Notes: generated by a model not told the origin, from the sequence alone. A DNA stretch of 64,000 nucleotides from an uncultured Syntrophaceae bacterium (GCA_964628025.1 CAZVLL010000004.1:118416-182415); one strand, 5' to 3'. Counted from the first letter of the stretch, positions 49,391 to 59,961 are shown. Made by a program: numbers and translations.

Positions 49391-50079
49391 CCCCTGTCAT
49401 TGAAGCGGACGATGTGTCTCGGAGCTTTGGAAAGAGCGGTACCGAGGTAGTGGCCGTCAATCATGTCTCTCTCAGTATCGGCACCGGGGAATTGCTTATG
49501 CTCATGGGACCGTCAGGCAGCGGCAAAACCACCCTTCTTGCAATGCTCGGGTGCATCCTCAGACCTTCTTCAGGTCACATCCGGGTGCAAGGGAAGGAGG
49601 TCGGCACCCTGTCTTCAAAGGAACTCGCAAGGCTTCGGGCGGAAACCATCGGATTTGTCTTCCAGGGCTTCAATCTCCTGTCCGCATTGACCGCGTGGGA
49701 AAATGTCGCCTTGGCGGGGGATTTTCTCTTAAGGCATCCTCGAAGCATGCATTCCCGTTCTATTGAAATCCTCAAGAATATAGGCCTAGGCCATCGTATC
49801 TATCACCTCCCCGAGAATCTTTCGGCCGGAGAAAAACAGCGCGTCTCCTTTGCCCGCGCCCTTGTAAACAGCCCCAGGATCATTCTGGCCGATGAACCCA
49901 CAGCGAATCTTGATTCCAAAAACCGCGACATGGTCGTCAGTCTGCTGCGGCAGGCAGTCAAAGAACAAGATGTCAGCGTCATCATCGCTACCCACGATGA
50001 ACGAATCCTGCAGGTGGCAGACCGCGTCATCCGGATCGAAGACGGGCAACTGATGGATGACCGTAAACACCGTCCTTGA
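49387..50079 (+). CDS. ABC transporter ATP-binding protein (LolD/MacB/DevA type)
   Basis: GPSGSGKTT, IGFVFQGFNL, LSAGEKQRV, ADEPTANLD, ATHD. Confidence 0.92.
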   Translation: MTPVIEADDVSRSFGKSGTEVVAVNHVSLSIGTGELLMLMGPSGSGKTTLLAMLGCILRPSSGHIRVQGKEVGTLSSKELARLRAETIGFVFQGFNLLSALTAWENVALAGDFLLRHPRSMHSRSIEILKNIGLGHRIYHLPENLSAGEKQRVSFARALVNSPRIILADEPTANLDSKNRDMVVSLLRQAVKEQDVSVIIATHDERILQVADRVIRIEDGQLMDDRKHRP

Positions 50080-50409
50080 AATTCGGAGCCATTGGATCCA
50101 TAAAGGCAGAGAATTGGGTGGCTTTCCCAATGTTTGCCAGTTTTAATGACTACACCGAATGGGTAAGGCCAACGGTTGACTTTGCTTTCAAGACGCTTTT
50201 ATCAGGCCTGATTACCGAATGAAATATTCACATTTTGGCGAAATATGATTTTCAAGCTTACAGGAAGGAGTGGATACCCGGCTTGACACTCGTAGTCAGG
50301 TCAAGTTCTGTTTAGGACACTTATTCACGCCGCGACTTCATGGAAAGCACTGGCAATCCATCATCCGGATCGCTATAAACAGGGTATTGTCCGCAGAAGG
50401 AGGAGTGAC

Positions 50410-51879
50410 ATGCCCGTCCTGCCCAGAGAGCCCCTCATCTATGAGATCAACACCTGGGTCTGGCTTGCAGAACTAAGCCGCAAGCACCAGAAGCCTGTTA
50501 CGCTGTTAACCGTCCCACCGAAGGAATGGGATGCCATTGCCTCTTTCGGCTTCGATGCGGTCTGGCTTATGGGTGTATGGCGGCGAAGTCCGGCCGGCAT
50601 GAAGATCGCTCAGAATCACCCTGCCCTATTCGAGGAATACCGCAAAGCACTTCCCGATCTTACCTCCGACGATATCGTCGGATCCCCCTACTGCATTCAG
50701 GAATACACCGTCGATGAGCATCTCGGGGGACCCGAAGGACTTTCCACCGCTCGCGCAGCTCTTTCGGACTGCGGAATCAGTCTCATCCTGGATTTCGTAC
50801 CGAACCACATCGCCCTGGATCACCCATGGGTCCCGGAGCATCCCGAGTTCCTCATCCCGGGGAACGCCGCCGATCTCATCCGGGCTCCGGGGGAGTTCTT
50901 CCAGTCGGGCGGACGTGTGTTTGCCTTTGGAAGGGACCCCAATTACCCCCCCTGGACAGACGTGGCTCAATTGAATGCCTTTCATTCCGGAGTGCGGGAG
51001 GCAGCCATCAGGGCCCTTCTCGGCATAGCCGGCCAGTGCGACGGAGTGCGCTGCGACATGTCGATCCTGCTCATCAACAGGATATTCCGACATACGTGGG
51101 GAGGCCGTACCGGCATGACACCGCAGCGCGAATACTGGGTGGAGGTCATCGAGGCTGTTCGGGATCGCCATCCGCACTTTGCATTCCTCGCCGAGGCCTA
51201 CTGGGGCCTCGAACGGGATCTGCAGCAGCAGGGCTTCGATTACTGCTACGACAAGCACCTCTATGACCGCCTTGTCCATGAGTCCGCGGAAACGGTCCGG
51301 CTTCACCTCTCCGAAGACCTTGCGTATCAGAAGAGGCTTATCCGCTTCATCGAGAATCACGACGAACCACGAGCCGCAGCAACCTTTGCCACACAGAAGG
51401 CCAGGGCTGCAGCGGTAGTCATCGCGACACTTCCCGGGGCAAGGCTGTTTTTCGACGGCCAGTTCGAGGGCCGGAAGGTGCAGCTTCCCGTCCAGCTCGG
51501 GCGGCAGGCCGAGGAATCCCCGCATTTAGAACTTCAGGGTTTTTACAGGACATTGCTCGAATCCGTGAAAGGCGCTCATCTGCGCGAGGACGCTTGGAGT
51601 CTCTGCGAACTGTCCGGATGGTCCGACAATGAAAGCTTCAGGAATCTTGTGGCCTGGATATGGGCCGGCGTCGACAGGCATCACCTCATCGTCGTGAACC
51701 TGTCGGATCGGCCATCCCAGGGGCGCGTTCGCATGCCCGGCCGGCAACTTGCCGGGCGAACGTGGCGGCTGGTCGATCTTCTTTCGGGGAGCGTCTACGA
51801 GCGGGACGGGAACGAAATGACGGACCCGGGGCTGTTTGTGGATCTCCGACCGTGGGGCTATCATTTTCTGGAGTTCTGA
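50410..51879 (+). CDS. Alpha-amylase family (GH13) glycoside hydrolase
   Basis: IYEINT, LDFVPNH, DGVRCDM, LAEAYW, FIENHDEPR. Confidence 0.88.
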   Translation: MPVLPREPLIYEINTWVWLAELSRKHQKPVTLLTVPPKEWDAIASFGFDAVWLMGVWRRSPAGMKIAQNHPALFEEYRKALPDLTSDDIVGSPYCIQEYTVDEHLGGPEGLSTARAALSDCGISLILDFVPNHIALDHPWVPEHPEFLIPGNAADLIRAPGEFFQSGGRVFAFGRDPNYPPWTDVAQLNAFHSGVREAAIRALLGIAGQCDGVRCDMSILLINRIFRHTWGGRTGMTPQREYWVEVIEAVRDRHPHFAFLAEAYWGLERDLQQQGFDYCYDKHLYDRLVHESAETVRLHLSEDLAYQKRLIRFIENHDEPRAAATFATQKARAAAVVIATLPGARLFFDGQFEGRKVQLPVQLGRQAEESPHLELQGFYRTLLESVKGAHLREDAWSLCELSGWSDNESFRNLVAWIWAGVDRHHLIVVNLSDRPSQGRVRMPGRQLAGRTWRLVDLLSGSVYERDGNEMTDPGLFVDLRPWGYHFLEF

Positions 51880-51937
51880 ACGCACATGGCGCGAGGTGAC
51901 AGGTTAAAGCAATAAGGAGCACCACCTGTTACCTGCC

Positions 51938-52717
51938 TTACCACACCTCCCGCACCTTCACCCCGCTTCCGGAGAGGTACTCCTTCATCTCGGAAATCGT
52001 GTAGGTTCCATAGTGGACGATGGACGCGATAAGGGCCGCATCGGCTTTTGCCGTCGTCAGCACGTCCAGAAGATGCTCTTTCTTCCCTGCTCCCCCCGAT
52101 GCGATGACCGGAATCTTCACATTCGTTGTGATCAGGTGGGTAAGCTCCAGTTCGTATCCATCCAGCGTCCCGTCGGCATCGATGGAATTCAGGCAGATCT
52201 CCCCTGCTCCGAGGTTTTCAGCCTCCCTGGCCCACCAGAGGGCGTCGATGCCCATGTACTTCCTGCCGCCCTGGATGACGATCTCGTAGCCCGAGGGGAG
52301 CTTCGCGCTTTTCTCGACCTTCTTCACATCCATCCCCAGGACGATACACTGGCATCCGAAGGCAACGGCACCTTCGCTGATGATCCGGGGATTCTCCACA
52401 GCACCGGAATTGACACTGACTTTCTCCGCACCGGCAAGGATCACCTTGCGCATGTCCTCGAGAGTACGAATACCTCCGCCTACGGAGAAGGGGATAAAGA
52501 TCGTCTCGGCCACACGTTTCACGACATCGATCATGATGTCGCGCCCCTCCGACGAGGCCGTGATGTCATAAAAGACAATTTCGTCGGCGCCCTGCTCATA
52601 ATACCGGCGCGCCACCTCCACGGGGTCGCCGATATCGATATTGCCCTTGAACTTGATCCCCTTGGTCAGTCTCCCGTCTCTCACATCCAGGCAGGGGATG
52701 ATTCGTTTACTGAGCAT
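51938..52717 (-). CDS. hisF: Imidazole glycerol phosphate synthase cyclase subunit
   Basis: [47 protein letters not shown]; start ATG 52717. Confidence 0.96.
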   Translation of the reverse strand: MLSKRIIPCLDVRDGRLTKGIKFKGNIDIGDPVEVARRYYEQGADEIVFYDITASSEGRDIMIDVVKRVAETIFIPFSVGGGIRTLEDMRKVILAGAEKVSVNSGAVENPRIISEGAVAFGCQCIVLGMDVKKVEKSAKLPSGYEIVIQGGRKYMGIDALWWAREAENLGAGEICLNSIDADGTLDGYELELTHLITTNVKIPVIASGGAGKKEHLLDVLTTAKADAALIASIVHYGTYTISEMKEYLSGSGVKVREVW

Positions 52718-53345
52718 GTCTGCCATCCCAACGACTGAAATTTTCCAGGATCCGCAATCCGAATCGTCCGCTTTTTTCCGGGTGGAACTGGACCGCCACG
52801 AGACTGCCCCGCGACACGGCGGAGGCGAACCGGATCCCGTATTCCGTCTCACCGACAACGTCGGACCCGTTCGACGGCGACGGGTAGTAGGAGTGGACAA
52901 AATAGAATTCGGCGTTTCCGGGAATGCCGGCAAACAACGGATGATTCCCTGTGAATGCAACGCGGTTCCAGCCCATGTGCGGGATCTTGAGGAGATCGCC
53001 CTTTTCCGACATGCCTTCCGGAAAGCGCTTGACACAACCGGAAATGATGCCCAGGCAGGCCGTTCGATCGTCCTCTTCGCTGTAGTCGAAGATGACCTGC
53101 GTACCCAGACATATGCCAAGGAGGGGCTTGCGGGCTTGATAAAGCTCACGAATGCATCCGGCAAGATTCGTTTCCCTGAGATTTCGCATGGCCTCCCCGG
53201 CCGCACCTACGCCGGGAAAGATCACCCGATCGGCCCTGCAGAGTTCATCGGCGCGATCCGTGATGACGCAGGGCACGTTCAGGCTCTGGAGGGCTCTGGC
53301 AACACTGGTCAGGTTGCCGGCCCGATAATCGACGATGGCAATCAT
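52707..53345 (-). CDS. hisH: Imidazole glycerol phosphate synthase glutaminase subunit
   Basis: IVDY.AGNLTSV, FPGVG, GICLG, PHMGWN, YFVHSYY, QFHPEKS. Confidence 0.96.
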   Translation of the reverse strand: MIAIVDYRAGNLTSVARALQSLNVPCVITDRADELCRADRVIFPGVGAAGEAMRNLRETNLAGCIRELYQARKPLLGICLGTQVIFDYSEEDDRTACLGIISGCVKRFPEGMSEKGDLLKIPHMGWNRVAFTGNHPLFAGIPGNAEFYFVHSYYPSPSNGSDVVGETEYGIRFASAVSRGSLVAVQFHPEKSGRFGLRILENFSRWDGRHAQ

Positions 53346-53642
53346 GAAACACTCGAATATGAATATTTATTGTAATTACTATAACGCAAAATGCCTTGAA
53401 AATCAACATTCACGGGCATTTTCGGTGAAAAAACCCTTGACCGCACTGCTTCACGCGTATAAATATTCTACTAGGGGATCCCGGAAGGAGTCCTGTTCCG
53501 ACTCCTTCGACACGACAGGTTTCGACCCTCTTCTCCCGACTGCACGACTACCCGATGCGACACCTTTGTCAGGATTCTCCGTCAGGCCCGGCAACCCTTC
53601 CAGCCCACTCCAAACAAACCTCAGACGAAAGGAGGTCCCACC

Positions 53643-53867
53643 ATGCTGCAGAATCATGACTACAATCTCCTGGAAACCATCACGGTCATCGCTCGAAGCA
53701 TCTATCGATATGACACCTACATGAAGGACCTGGATAAGGTGAAATGCGAGTCCTGCCGGAAGATGTGGCATGAGTTCCACGGGCAACGGCAGAAAGAACT
53801 CGCCATGCTGCTCAAAGAATTGCGAAACCATGTAGACAGCGGCATGATGAACATCGAGAAGACATGA
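53643..53867 (+). CDS. Small hypothetical helical protein with CxxC motif (74 aa)
   Basis: SD AAGGAGGT; NHDYNLLE....YRYDTY.KD...CESCRKMW. Confidence 0.7.
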   Translation: MLQNHDYNLLETITVIARSIYRYDTYMKDLDKVKCESCRKMWHEFHGQRQKELAMLLKELRNHVDSGMMNIEKT

Positions 53868-53907
53868 TAGAAGCGGTTGTGCGTTGTTCTGTCCGGTTCG
53901 GGCACGA

Positions 53908-54978
53908 TCAGAGTTCGCCGAGTTCCTTGAGCCTGTCTACATCGCCTTTTCTGGCCACAAGGGTGCGGTTTCCCGAACGGACGACAATGAGGTCATCAAC
54001 ACCGATGAGGGCCACGGTTTCGTCGGGAATCTCGCAGAAAACGAGGTTTCCCGACGCGCCGAGGGCCTTGACATTCCCCCTGGTTGTGTTTCCACTTGCA
54101 TCCCTGGCGAGGAAGTTCTCCATTGCCGGCCAGCTCCCCACATCGGTCCACGAGAACAGCGATGCCACGCATCGCAGCGGCGTTTTGGTCTTTTCCATGA
54201 CGCCGTAATCGATGGAGATGGGTTCGATGGCGGAAAAAGCAACTTCCAGTGCCTTCTGCCAGCCCTGTGTGCCGTCGTGCCGGCCCAGCGAGGAAAGCGC
54301 TGCAAAGTGCTGCGGCAGCCAGGTACGGATCTCCTCGAGGATGGCCGTCGTTTGCCAGACAAACATCCCCGAGTTCCAGAAAAAACGGCCCGACTCGACA
54401 TATTGCCTTGCCGTTTCGAGGTCGGGCTTTTCCTTGAACTGCCTGAGTTCGAAATGCTCGATCCCGTCGTCATTGGCGATGGGCGCCCCGGTTTCGAGAT
54501 AGCCGTATGCGGTGGCCGGAAAGGCCGGTTTGATCCCGAAGGTGTAAAAGACTCTGCTTTCGGCGACCTGCGCAGCAGCTGAAATCAGATTCTTCTGGAA
54601 GAGCTGCCTCGGCTCGATCAGGTGGTCCGCCGTCAGCGTGAGAATGATGCTGTCGCCGAAACGCTCACGGACAAGAACGGCAGCCAGCGTTACCGCGGCT
54701 GCCGTGTCACGACGGATCGGCTCGCCGATGACATGCCCGGCAGGAAGATCCGGAAGCTGTTCCTCGACCAGGGAAACGTGCGCGGCGTTTGTGAGGACAA
54801 GGATTCGCTCGGGAGATACCAGCCCCCGCAGCCTGTCATAACTCATCTGCAGGAGGCTCCTCTCGCCGAAGAGGGCAATGAACTGTTTGGGCTTCTGCCG
54901 GGTACTGAGCGGCCAGAAGCGTGTCCCCATTCCTCCCGCCATGATGACCGCTACGAGCTGCCGATCCAATTCTGCCAT
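53908..54978 (-). CDS. manC: Mannose-1-phosphate guanylyltransferase
   Basis: IMAGGMGTRFWPLS...KPKQF, EP..RDTAAA, ADH, YGY, FKEKPD, WNSGMF, SIDYGVME, WTDVGSW. Confidence 0.9.
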   Translation of the reverse strand: MAELDRQLVAVIMAGGMGTRFWPLSTRQKPKQFIALFGERSLLQMSYDRLRGLVSPERILVLTNAAHVSLVEEQLPDLPAGHVIGEPIRRDTAAAVTLAAVLVRERFGDSIILTLTADHLIEPRQLFQKNLISAAAQVAESRVFYTFGIKPAFPATAYGYLETGAPIANDDGIEHFELRQFKEKPDLETARQYVESGRFFWNSGMFVWQTTAILEEIRTWLPQHFAALSSLGRHDGTQGWQKALEVAFSAIEPISIDYGVMEKTKTPLRCVASLFSWTDVGSWPAMENFLARDASGNTTRGNVKALGASGNLVFCEIPDETVALIGVDDLIVVRSGNRTLVARKGDVDRLKELGEL

Positions 54979-55021
54979 TCCTTGCCCCTTGAAGCCTTTG
55001 GAAACGATACGTCTCTGCCGT

Positions 55022-55384
55022 TTACACCCGGCCGTAATCGTCTTCCAGCCGTTCTATGTCGTTTTCGTCGAAGTAATCGCCTGTCTGGACTTCAACGAAT
55101 ACAAGCTTCGACGGTCCCATGTTTCGGACCCTGTGCAAAGCACCACGGGGGATATCAACGGATTGCCCCTTTCGCAGGATGATTTCATCGGTGTTCAGCG
55201 TCAGCAAGGCCTCCCCGGAGACGATCAGCCAGTGCTCGTCCCGGTGCCGATGCCTCTGGAGGCTCAGGCGCTTTCCCGGCAAGACGACGATCCGCTTCAC
55301 CTTGTGTTCCGCATCTTCCAGCAGTACGTCGTAATATCCCCAGGGCCGTTCCCCCCTCGCCTGTGGACTCATCGCCGAAACCAT
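55022..55384 (-). CDS. Stand-alone phosphomannose isomerase type II cupin domain
   Basis: ERPWGYY, VKRIVVLPGKRLSLQRH.HRDEHW, EVQTG.YFDENDIERLEDDYGR. Confidence 0.88.
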   Translation of the reverse strand: MVSAMSPQARGERPWGYYDVLLEDAEHKVKRIVVLPGKRLSLQRHRHRDEHWLIVSGEALLTLNTDEIILRKGQSVDIPRGALHRVRNMGPSKLVFVEVQTGDYFDENDIERLEDDYGRV

Positions 55385-55526
55385 CGTTCTCGTTTCCTCC
55401 CCGGACCGACTGTTTTCATGGCCCTGAAGCTCTCCGACGTTACCATATTTCGGGAAGCAGCACCACCCTGTTTGCACTGGACATTCCCGCTCCTTTGTTG
55501 ATATTCATAAAGAAAAGGGGGCTGAA

Positions 55527-56471
55527 ATGAAGATCTGTTTTGCTGCACCGGAAAACGCCTGGGGAGGTGCTCTCGGTCTCCTGAAGGCGGAACTTCCCGA
55601 ACATGAGTTCGATTCCCTGGCGACCTTTGTACTGGAAAACCTTCAAGGTTATGACGTCTTGATTCCGACCATGTCGCAGGTGACGGAACCGCTCCTCGCC
55701 ACGGCGGATCGGATGAAGCTGATTCAGCAGGTCGGCTCCGGGCTGGAAGGGGTTGATATCGAGGCAGCAAAGAAGCGGGGCATCTGCGTTGCGAACGTCC
55801 CCACGGACAGCTGCGGGAACGCCGACTCCGTCGCCGAGTTGGGAATCTACATGATGGTCGGCCTTGCCCGCAATTTCCGCGGCATGGCGGCAAGTTTCGC
55901 GAATCGCAAGATCGGCCAGCCGAAGGGCATGGCCCTGAAGGGAAAGACCGTCGGAATCATCGGCCTGGGCGGTATCGGCAAAGCCCTCGTAAAAAGGCTC
56001 CGTGCTTTCGACGTCCGGCTGATCGGGATCAAGCGGGATCACCCCGAGGAAGCAGCAAGGGATCTCGGCATGGATTGGGCAGGCGGCTCGCAGGATCTGG
56101 AGAAGTTTCTTGGCCTATCGGACTTCGTCATCCTGAGCCTCCCTCTCACGGCGGAGAGCCGCAACCTGATGAACGAAAAAACCTTTGCCGCGATGAAAAA
56201 AGACAGCTTTCTCATCAATCTGTCACGGGGGGGCATCATCGATCGCGCCGCCCTCGAGAAAGCACTCGCCACGGGCCAGATCGCAGGAGCAGGCCTTGAT
56301 GTGTACTGGGAGGAACCGGTCGATCCGAGCGATCCCATCTTCCAGTACAACGTTCTGACAACGCCGCACATCGGCGGATCCACCGACATTTCCATTTCCG
56401 GCATCGTGCAGGTCGTGGCGGAAAATATCCGGCGGGTTCAGAAAAACGAGGAACCCCTCTACGCAAAATAG
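55527..56471 (+). CDS. D-2-hydroxyacid dehydrogenase family protein
   Basis: GLEGVD, SVAE, GLGGIG, INLSRG, GLDVYWEEP, TPHIGG. Confidence 0.88.
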   Translation: MKICFAAPENAWGGALGLLKAELPEHEFDSLATFVLENLQGYDVLIPTMSQVTEPLLATADRMKLIQQVGSGLEGVDIEAAKKRGICVANVPTDSCGNADSVAELGIYMMVGLARNFRGMAASFANRKIGQPKGMALKGKTVGIIGLGGIGKALVKRLRAFDVRLIGIKRDHPEEAARDLGMDWAGGSQDLEKFLGLSDFVILSLPLTAESRNLMNEKTFAAMKKDSFLINLSRGGIIDRAALEKALATGQIAGAGLDVYWEEPVDPSDPIFQYNVLTTPHIGGSTDISISGIVQVVAENIRRVQKNEEPLYAK

Positions 56472-56498
56472 TCCCGCTGAGGGTCCGGGTCCTGACCG

Positions 56499-57218
56499 TC
56501 ACCGCAGATTCTTTTCCACGAAGTCCCAGTTCACTCGCCTATCCAGGGAGGCCTCCACGAAATCCTTCCTGCGGTTCTGGTAATCCAGATAGTAGGCGTG
56601 CTCCCATACGTCGATGGTCAGGAGTGGTTTCACGCCCTGGGTGATCGGGTTATCAGCATTCGGCGTCTTGAGCACCTTCAACACCGTGCCGTCCGTCACA
56701 AGCCACACCCAGCCGCTTCCAAACTGACCGAGGGCCGCATTGACAAATTCCTTCCGGAAGAGATCATAACTCCCGAAATCCTTCTCAATCCGTTTGCCGA
56801 GTTCACCCCCCGGTTTCCCGCCGCCTCCGGCCTTCATGCCGTTCCAGTAAAACGTGTGATTCCAGACCTGGGCCGCCGCGTTGAAGACGGGAGTTTTTCC
56901 GGGAACACCGGCCGTCTCCTTGATGATTTGTTCAAGGCTCAATTTTTCGTAGGGCGTATTCTGCACCAGGTCATTCAGGATATAGAGATATCCGAGGTGA
57001 TGCTTGCCGTAGTGGAACCCGACGGTCCTTGCCGAGATGACCGGTTCCAGGGCATCTTCCGGGTATGGCAGGGAAGGAACACCGAAGGGAGATGTTTTCT
57101 GAGCCTCTGCCGTAGCCGGAATTCCCGCCGACGAAACGGCAAGCACGGCCGTCCCCGCCAGGGCCGCCTTCACGAATTCACGCCTTGTAAGTCCGCATGC
57201 GTTGATCCTGTCTTCCAT
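56499..57218 (-). CDS. sodB: Fe superoxide dismutase with Tat signal peptide
   Basis: TRREFVK twin-Arg signal; HYGKHH, AAQVWNH, FGSGW, DVWEHAYY; start ATG 57218. Confidence 0.88.
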   Translation of the reverse strand: MEDRINACGLTRREFVKAALAGTAVLAVSSAGIPATAEAQKTSPFGVPSLPYPEDALEPVISARTVGFHYGKHHLGYLYILNDLVQNTPYEKLSLEQIIKETAGVPGKTPVFNAAAQVWNHTFYWNGMKAGGGGKPGGELGKRIEKDFGSYDLFRKEFVNAALGQFGSGWVWLVTDGTVLKVLKTPNADNPITQGVKPLLTIDVWEHAYYLDYQNRRKDFVEASLDRRVNWDFVEKNLR

Positions 57219-57430
57219 GATTGTCCTCCTTTCCAGTGCCGGACCGGAACGGTTCGACGAAATTGATGGGCCACAAGAACAGGATAACAAAACAATTCCG
57301 GAAAGAACAGTACCCGATCTTACGCTCCCGCACGAGTGCGTGTACAGCCGGGAACCTGTCCGAAAATGATTTGATCCACGCAGCAGGTTCCGCTATAGTC
57401 GCCCCCAATTGATGACAAACTGGAGGCTTC

Positions 57431-58984
57431 ATGGCCCTTTCTGTAATCCTGACGTTGCTGCCCATCGCCGTGATCGTTTATCTCCTGGTCAACCGGCGCT
57501 TTTCCGCCGACGCGAGCGGTGTCATCGGCTGGCTGCTGACCCTGTGTATCGCCATCTTCTATTTCAGCACCCCGCTGGAAATGGGGCTTCTGTCTTCCCT
57601 GGCCGGAATCATTGCCTCGTTCCCGGTGTCGCTCATGGTCGTCACCTCGATCCTCCAGATCACGTTCATGGAATCCACCGGGGCTCTTCGGAGGATCACC
57701 GTCTTTGTCAAAACCTTTGCATCGTCTGATCGATCGGTGCAGATCATGCTAATTAACGTCGGCGCGGGAACGTTGCTCGTCTCCGTAGGGGCCACGCCCG
57801 TTTCAATCCTGCCCCCGATTCTCGTCGCGCTCGGATATTCGACCTTCGTGGCCGTGGCCCTGCCCGCTTTGGGATTTGACGCGCTGTGCACCTTTGCACT
57901 CCTCGGGGCGCCCCTTGTCGTCTACTCGGATCTTACGGGTACGCCTCTGGCGCAGTCCGCCCAGGTCTTCGCGAAATTTCTCCCGGTGATCTCGGTCCTC
58001 ATCGGGTTCGGCATGCTCTGGATCGTGGGCGGCATCCGGCAGATGAAAGAAGGATTTATCCCTTGCGTGCTTGCCGGGGTCACCAACGGGGGGGTCGCCG
58101 TGGCAGTGGCCCACGTCGGGATCGGTGTGGTCCTAACAGGAGTGATTGGTGGTTTTTGTACGATGATGGTCATGCTGCTTTATCTGAAACTTCGGGGCCT
58201 GCCGATCATCGACCGCTCCCACCTGACAGCAGATGATCTTCGCATCGAAAAGCAGATGTCGCTCATCACGGCGCTCTCGCCGTGGATCATCCTGATTGTA
58301 GCGTCCTTCGCCATTAACTTTTACCCCCCCTGGTTCGATGCCCTCTTCAGGAAAATGGACATGGGCATCTCGATAATCCAAGGGCAGACAATCCGGACCC
58401 GCATGCTGTGGAACGCCTATACGTGGGTTCTCGTCAGCACGGTACTTTCGGCCATTTTCCTCCGACCCAGCGCAGCGTGCATCGGGAACACCTTCCGGAA
58501 ATGGCTGAAGCGGGCGCCCCGTCCTGCCCTCTCGGCAGCCATTTTCTTTGCGATCGCATTTGTCATGAATAATTCCGGCTTCCAGCTGACCGGAAATGCA
58601 TGGAAACTTCTGGAGCCGGCTTCCAACATGATCTGGGTCCTTGCCCAGGGCTCTGCTGCCGCCTTCGGAGCCGTGTATCCATTCATCAGCGCCTTCCTCG
58701 GACTCTTCGGCGGTTTTGTCAGTGGGAGTGAGGCATCCACGATTGCCATGTTCACGAAGTATCACCTTCTGACCTCGAAGCTGCTCAGCGTCGATGCCCT
58801 CATCGTGACCGCCGTGACGGGCATCGGCGGCGGACTCGCCAGTGTCATCTCCCCGGCAAAGCTTCAGAACGCGGCAGCGACCATTGACGCACTCGGCATC
58901 GAGAGCCAGGTCATCCGAACGACCTTTGTGATCTCCCTTGTCATCACGACCGTGGCGGCGTTCATGGCCCTGGTATTTGCCTGA
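57431..58984 (+). CDS. L-lactate permease (LctP) family transporter
   Basis: Highly hydrophobic; FMESTGA, GFVSGSEAS, GGGLASVISPAKL. Confidence 0.75.
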   Translation: MALSVILTLLPIAVIVYLLVNRRFSADASGVIGWLLTLCIAIFYFSTPLEMGLLSSLAGIIASFPVSLMVVTSILQITFMESTGALRRITVFVKTFASSDRSVQIMLINVGAGTLLVSVGATPVSILPPILVALGYSTFVAVALPALGFDALCTFALLGAPLVVYSDLTGTPLAQSAQVFAKFLPVISVLIGFGMLWIVGGIRQMKEGFIPCVLAGVTNGGVAVAVAHVGIGVVLTGVIGGFCTMMVMLLYLKLRGLPIIDRSHLTADDLRIEKQMSLITALSPWIILIVASFAINFYPPWFDALFRKMDMGISIIQGQTIRTRMLWNAYTWVLVSTVLSAIFLRPSAACIGNTFRKWLKRAPRPALSAAIFFAIAFVMNNSGFQLTGNAWKLLEPASNMIWVLAQGSAAAFGAVYPFISAFLGLFGGFVSGSEASTIAMFTKYHLLTSKLLSVDALIVTAVTGIGGGLASVISPAKLQNAAATIDALGIESQVIRTTFVISLVITTVAAFMALVFA

Positions 58985-58997
58985 GGAAATACCTGTC

Positions 58998-59939
58998 ATG
59001 GAAAAGCGCCGCCTCGTGCAAGCCTCTGCGCCGCTGCTTCGATTTTTCGGCCTCGCCGCCCTCTTCTTTCAGAGAAACATCCTTCATCGGGATTTGCCGC
59101 TGTTGGCAAGCTTCAAGCTCACCTACCGCTGCAATCTGCGATGCGCGCCGTGCCCCTACCACCGACGTGACGATGCCCAGCAGGCACATATCCGCTGGGA
59201 GTCCGCCGTTGAGGCGCTTGATGCGCTTCACCGCGCCGGTTGCCGGATCGTCGTATTTGAAGGGGGTGAGCCCCTGCTGTGGAATGACGGCAGCCGGACG
59301 TTTGCCGATCTGGTCCGTTATGCGCGGGATCGCTTTCTCTGCACGGCGGCGACCACGAACGGGACCCTGCCTCTCGATGTGCCCGTCGATGTCCTCTGGG
59401 TGAGCCTCGACGGGACAAAAGAAACTCATGATCGACTGCGGAGCGGCTCCTTCGATCGCGCATGGGACAATCTCGGCAAAACGACCCACGGAAAACTGTT
59501 CGTCCATTTCACAATGAACCGGGAAAACTGGCGGGATCTGGAAAGCCTTCTCGATGATCTGAAGCAGCGCCCGGCGGTGCGAGGCGTGACGATCCAGCTC
59601 TTCTACCCCTACGGGCAGGGTGAAGAGGCTCTTGCACTGACCGCTGCCGAACGGCGAGACGCCATCCACGGTGCGATCCGGCTCAAGGAGCGGGGTTACC
59701 GGATCATCAATTCGAGGCGATCCCTCGAAAACATGATCACGAACGACTGGAACTGCCGCGACAGACTTCTGATGAATGTGGACCCCGACGGAACAATCAC
59801 GAGGGGCTGCTATGTCCGCAGCCGGGGAGAGGTTCAATGCGCAGAGTGCGGTTTCACGCCCGTAGCCGAGCTTTCAGGCGCTCTCGATGGGAGACCCGGC
59901 TCTATTCTGGCCGGATGGCGCGCCTTCGTAAGTCCCTGA
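58998..59939 (+). CDS. Radical SAM protein with C-terminal Cys cluster
   Basis: CNLRCAPC, GGEP, TTNG, VSLDG, C..GCY..CAECG. Confidence 0.85.
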   Translation: MEKRRLVQASAPLLRFFGLAALFFQRNILHRDLPLLASFKLTYRCNLRCAPCPYHRRDDAQQAHIRWESAVEALDALHRAGCRIVVFEGGEPLLWNDGSRTFADLVRYARDRFLCTAATTNGTLPLDVPVDVLWVSLDGTKETHDRLRSGSFDRAWDNLGKTTHGKLFVHFTMNRENWRDLESLLDDLKQRPAVRGVTIQLFYPYGQGEEALALTAAERRDAIHGAIRLKERGYRIINSRRSLENMITNDWNCRDRLLMNVDPDGTITRGCYVRSRGEVQCAECGFTPVAELSGALDGRPGSILAGWRAFVSP

Positions 59940-59961
59940 ACAGGCAGCACGGACCCCGTAT

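Noticed and set aside
53908-55384. Split manC (cupin and guanylyltransferase as separate genes) as a novelty or pseudogene
   Set aside because: Both are intact with their own starts, in reversed domain order; stand-alone forms are common.
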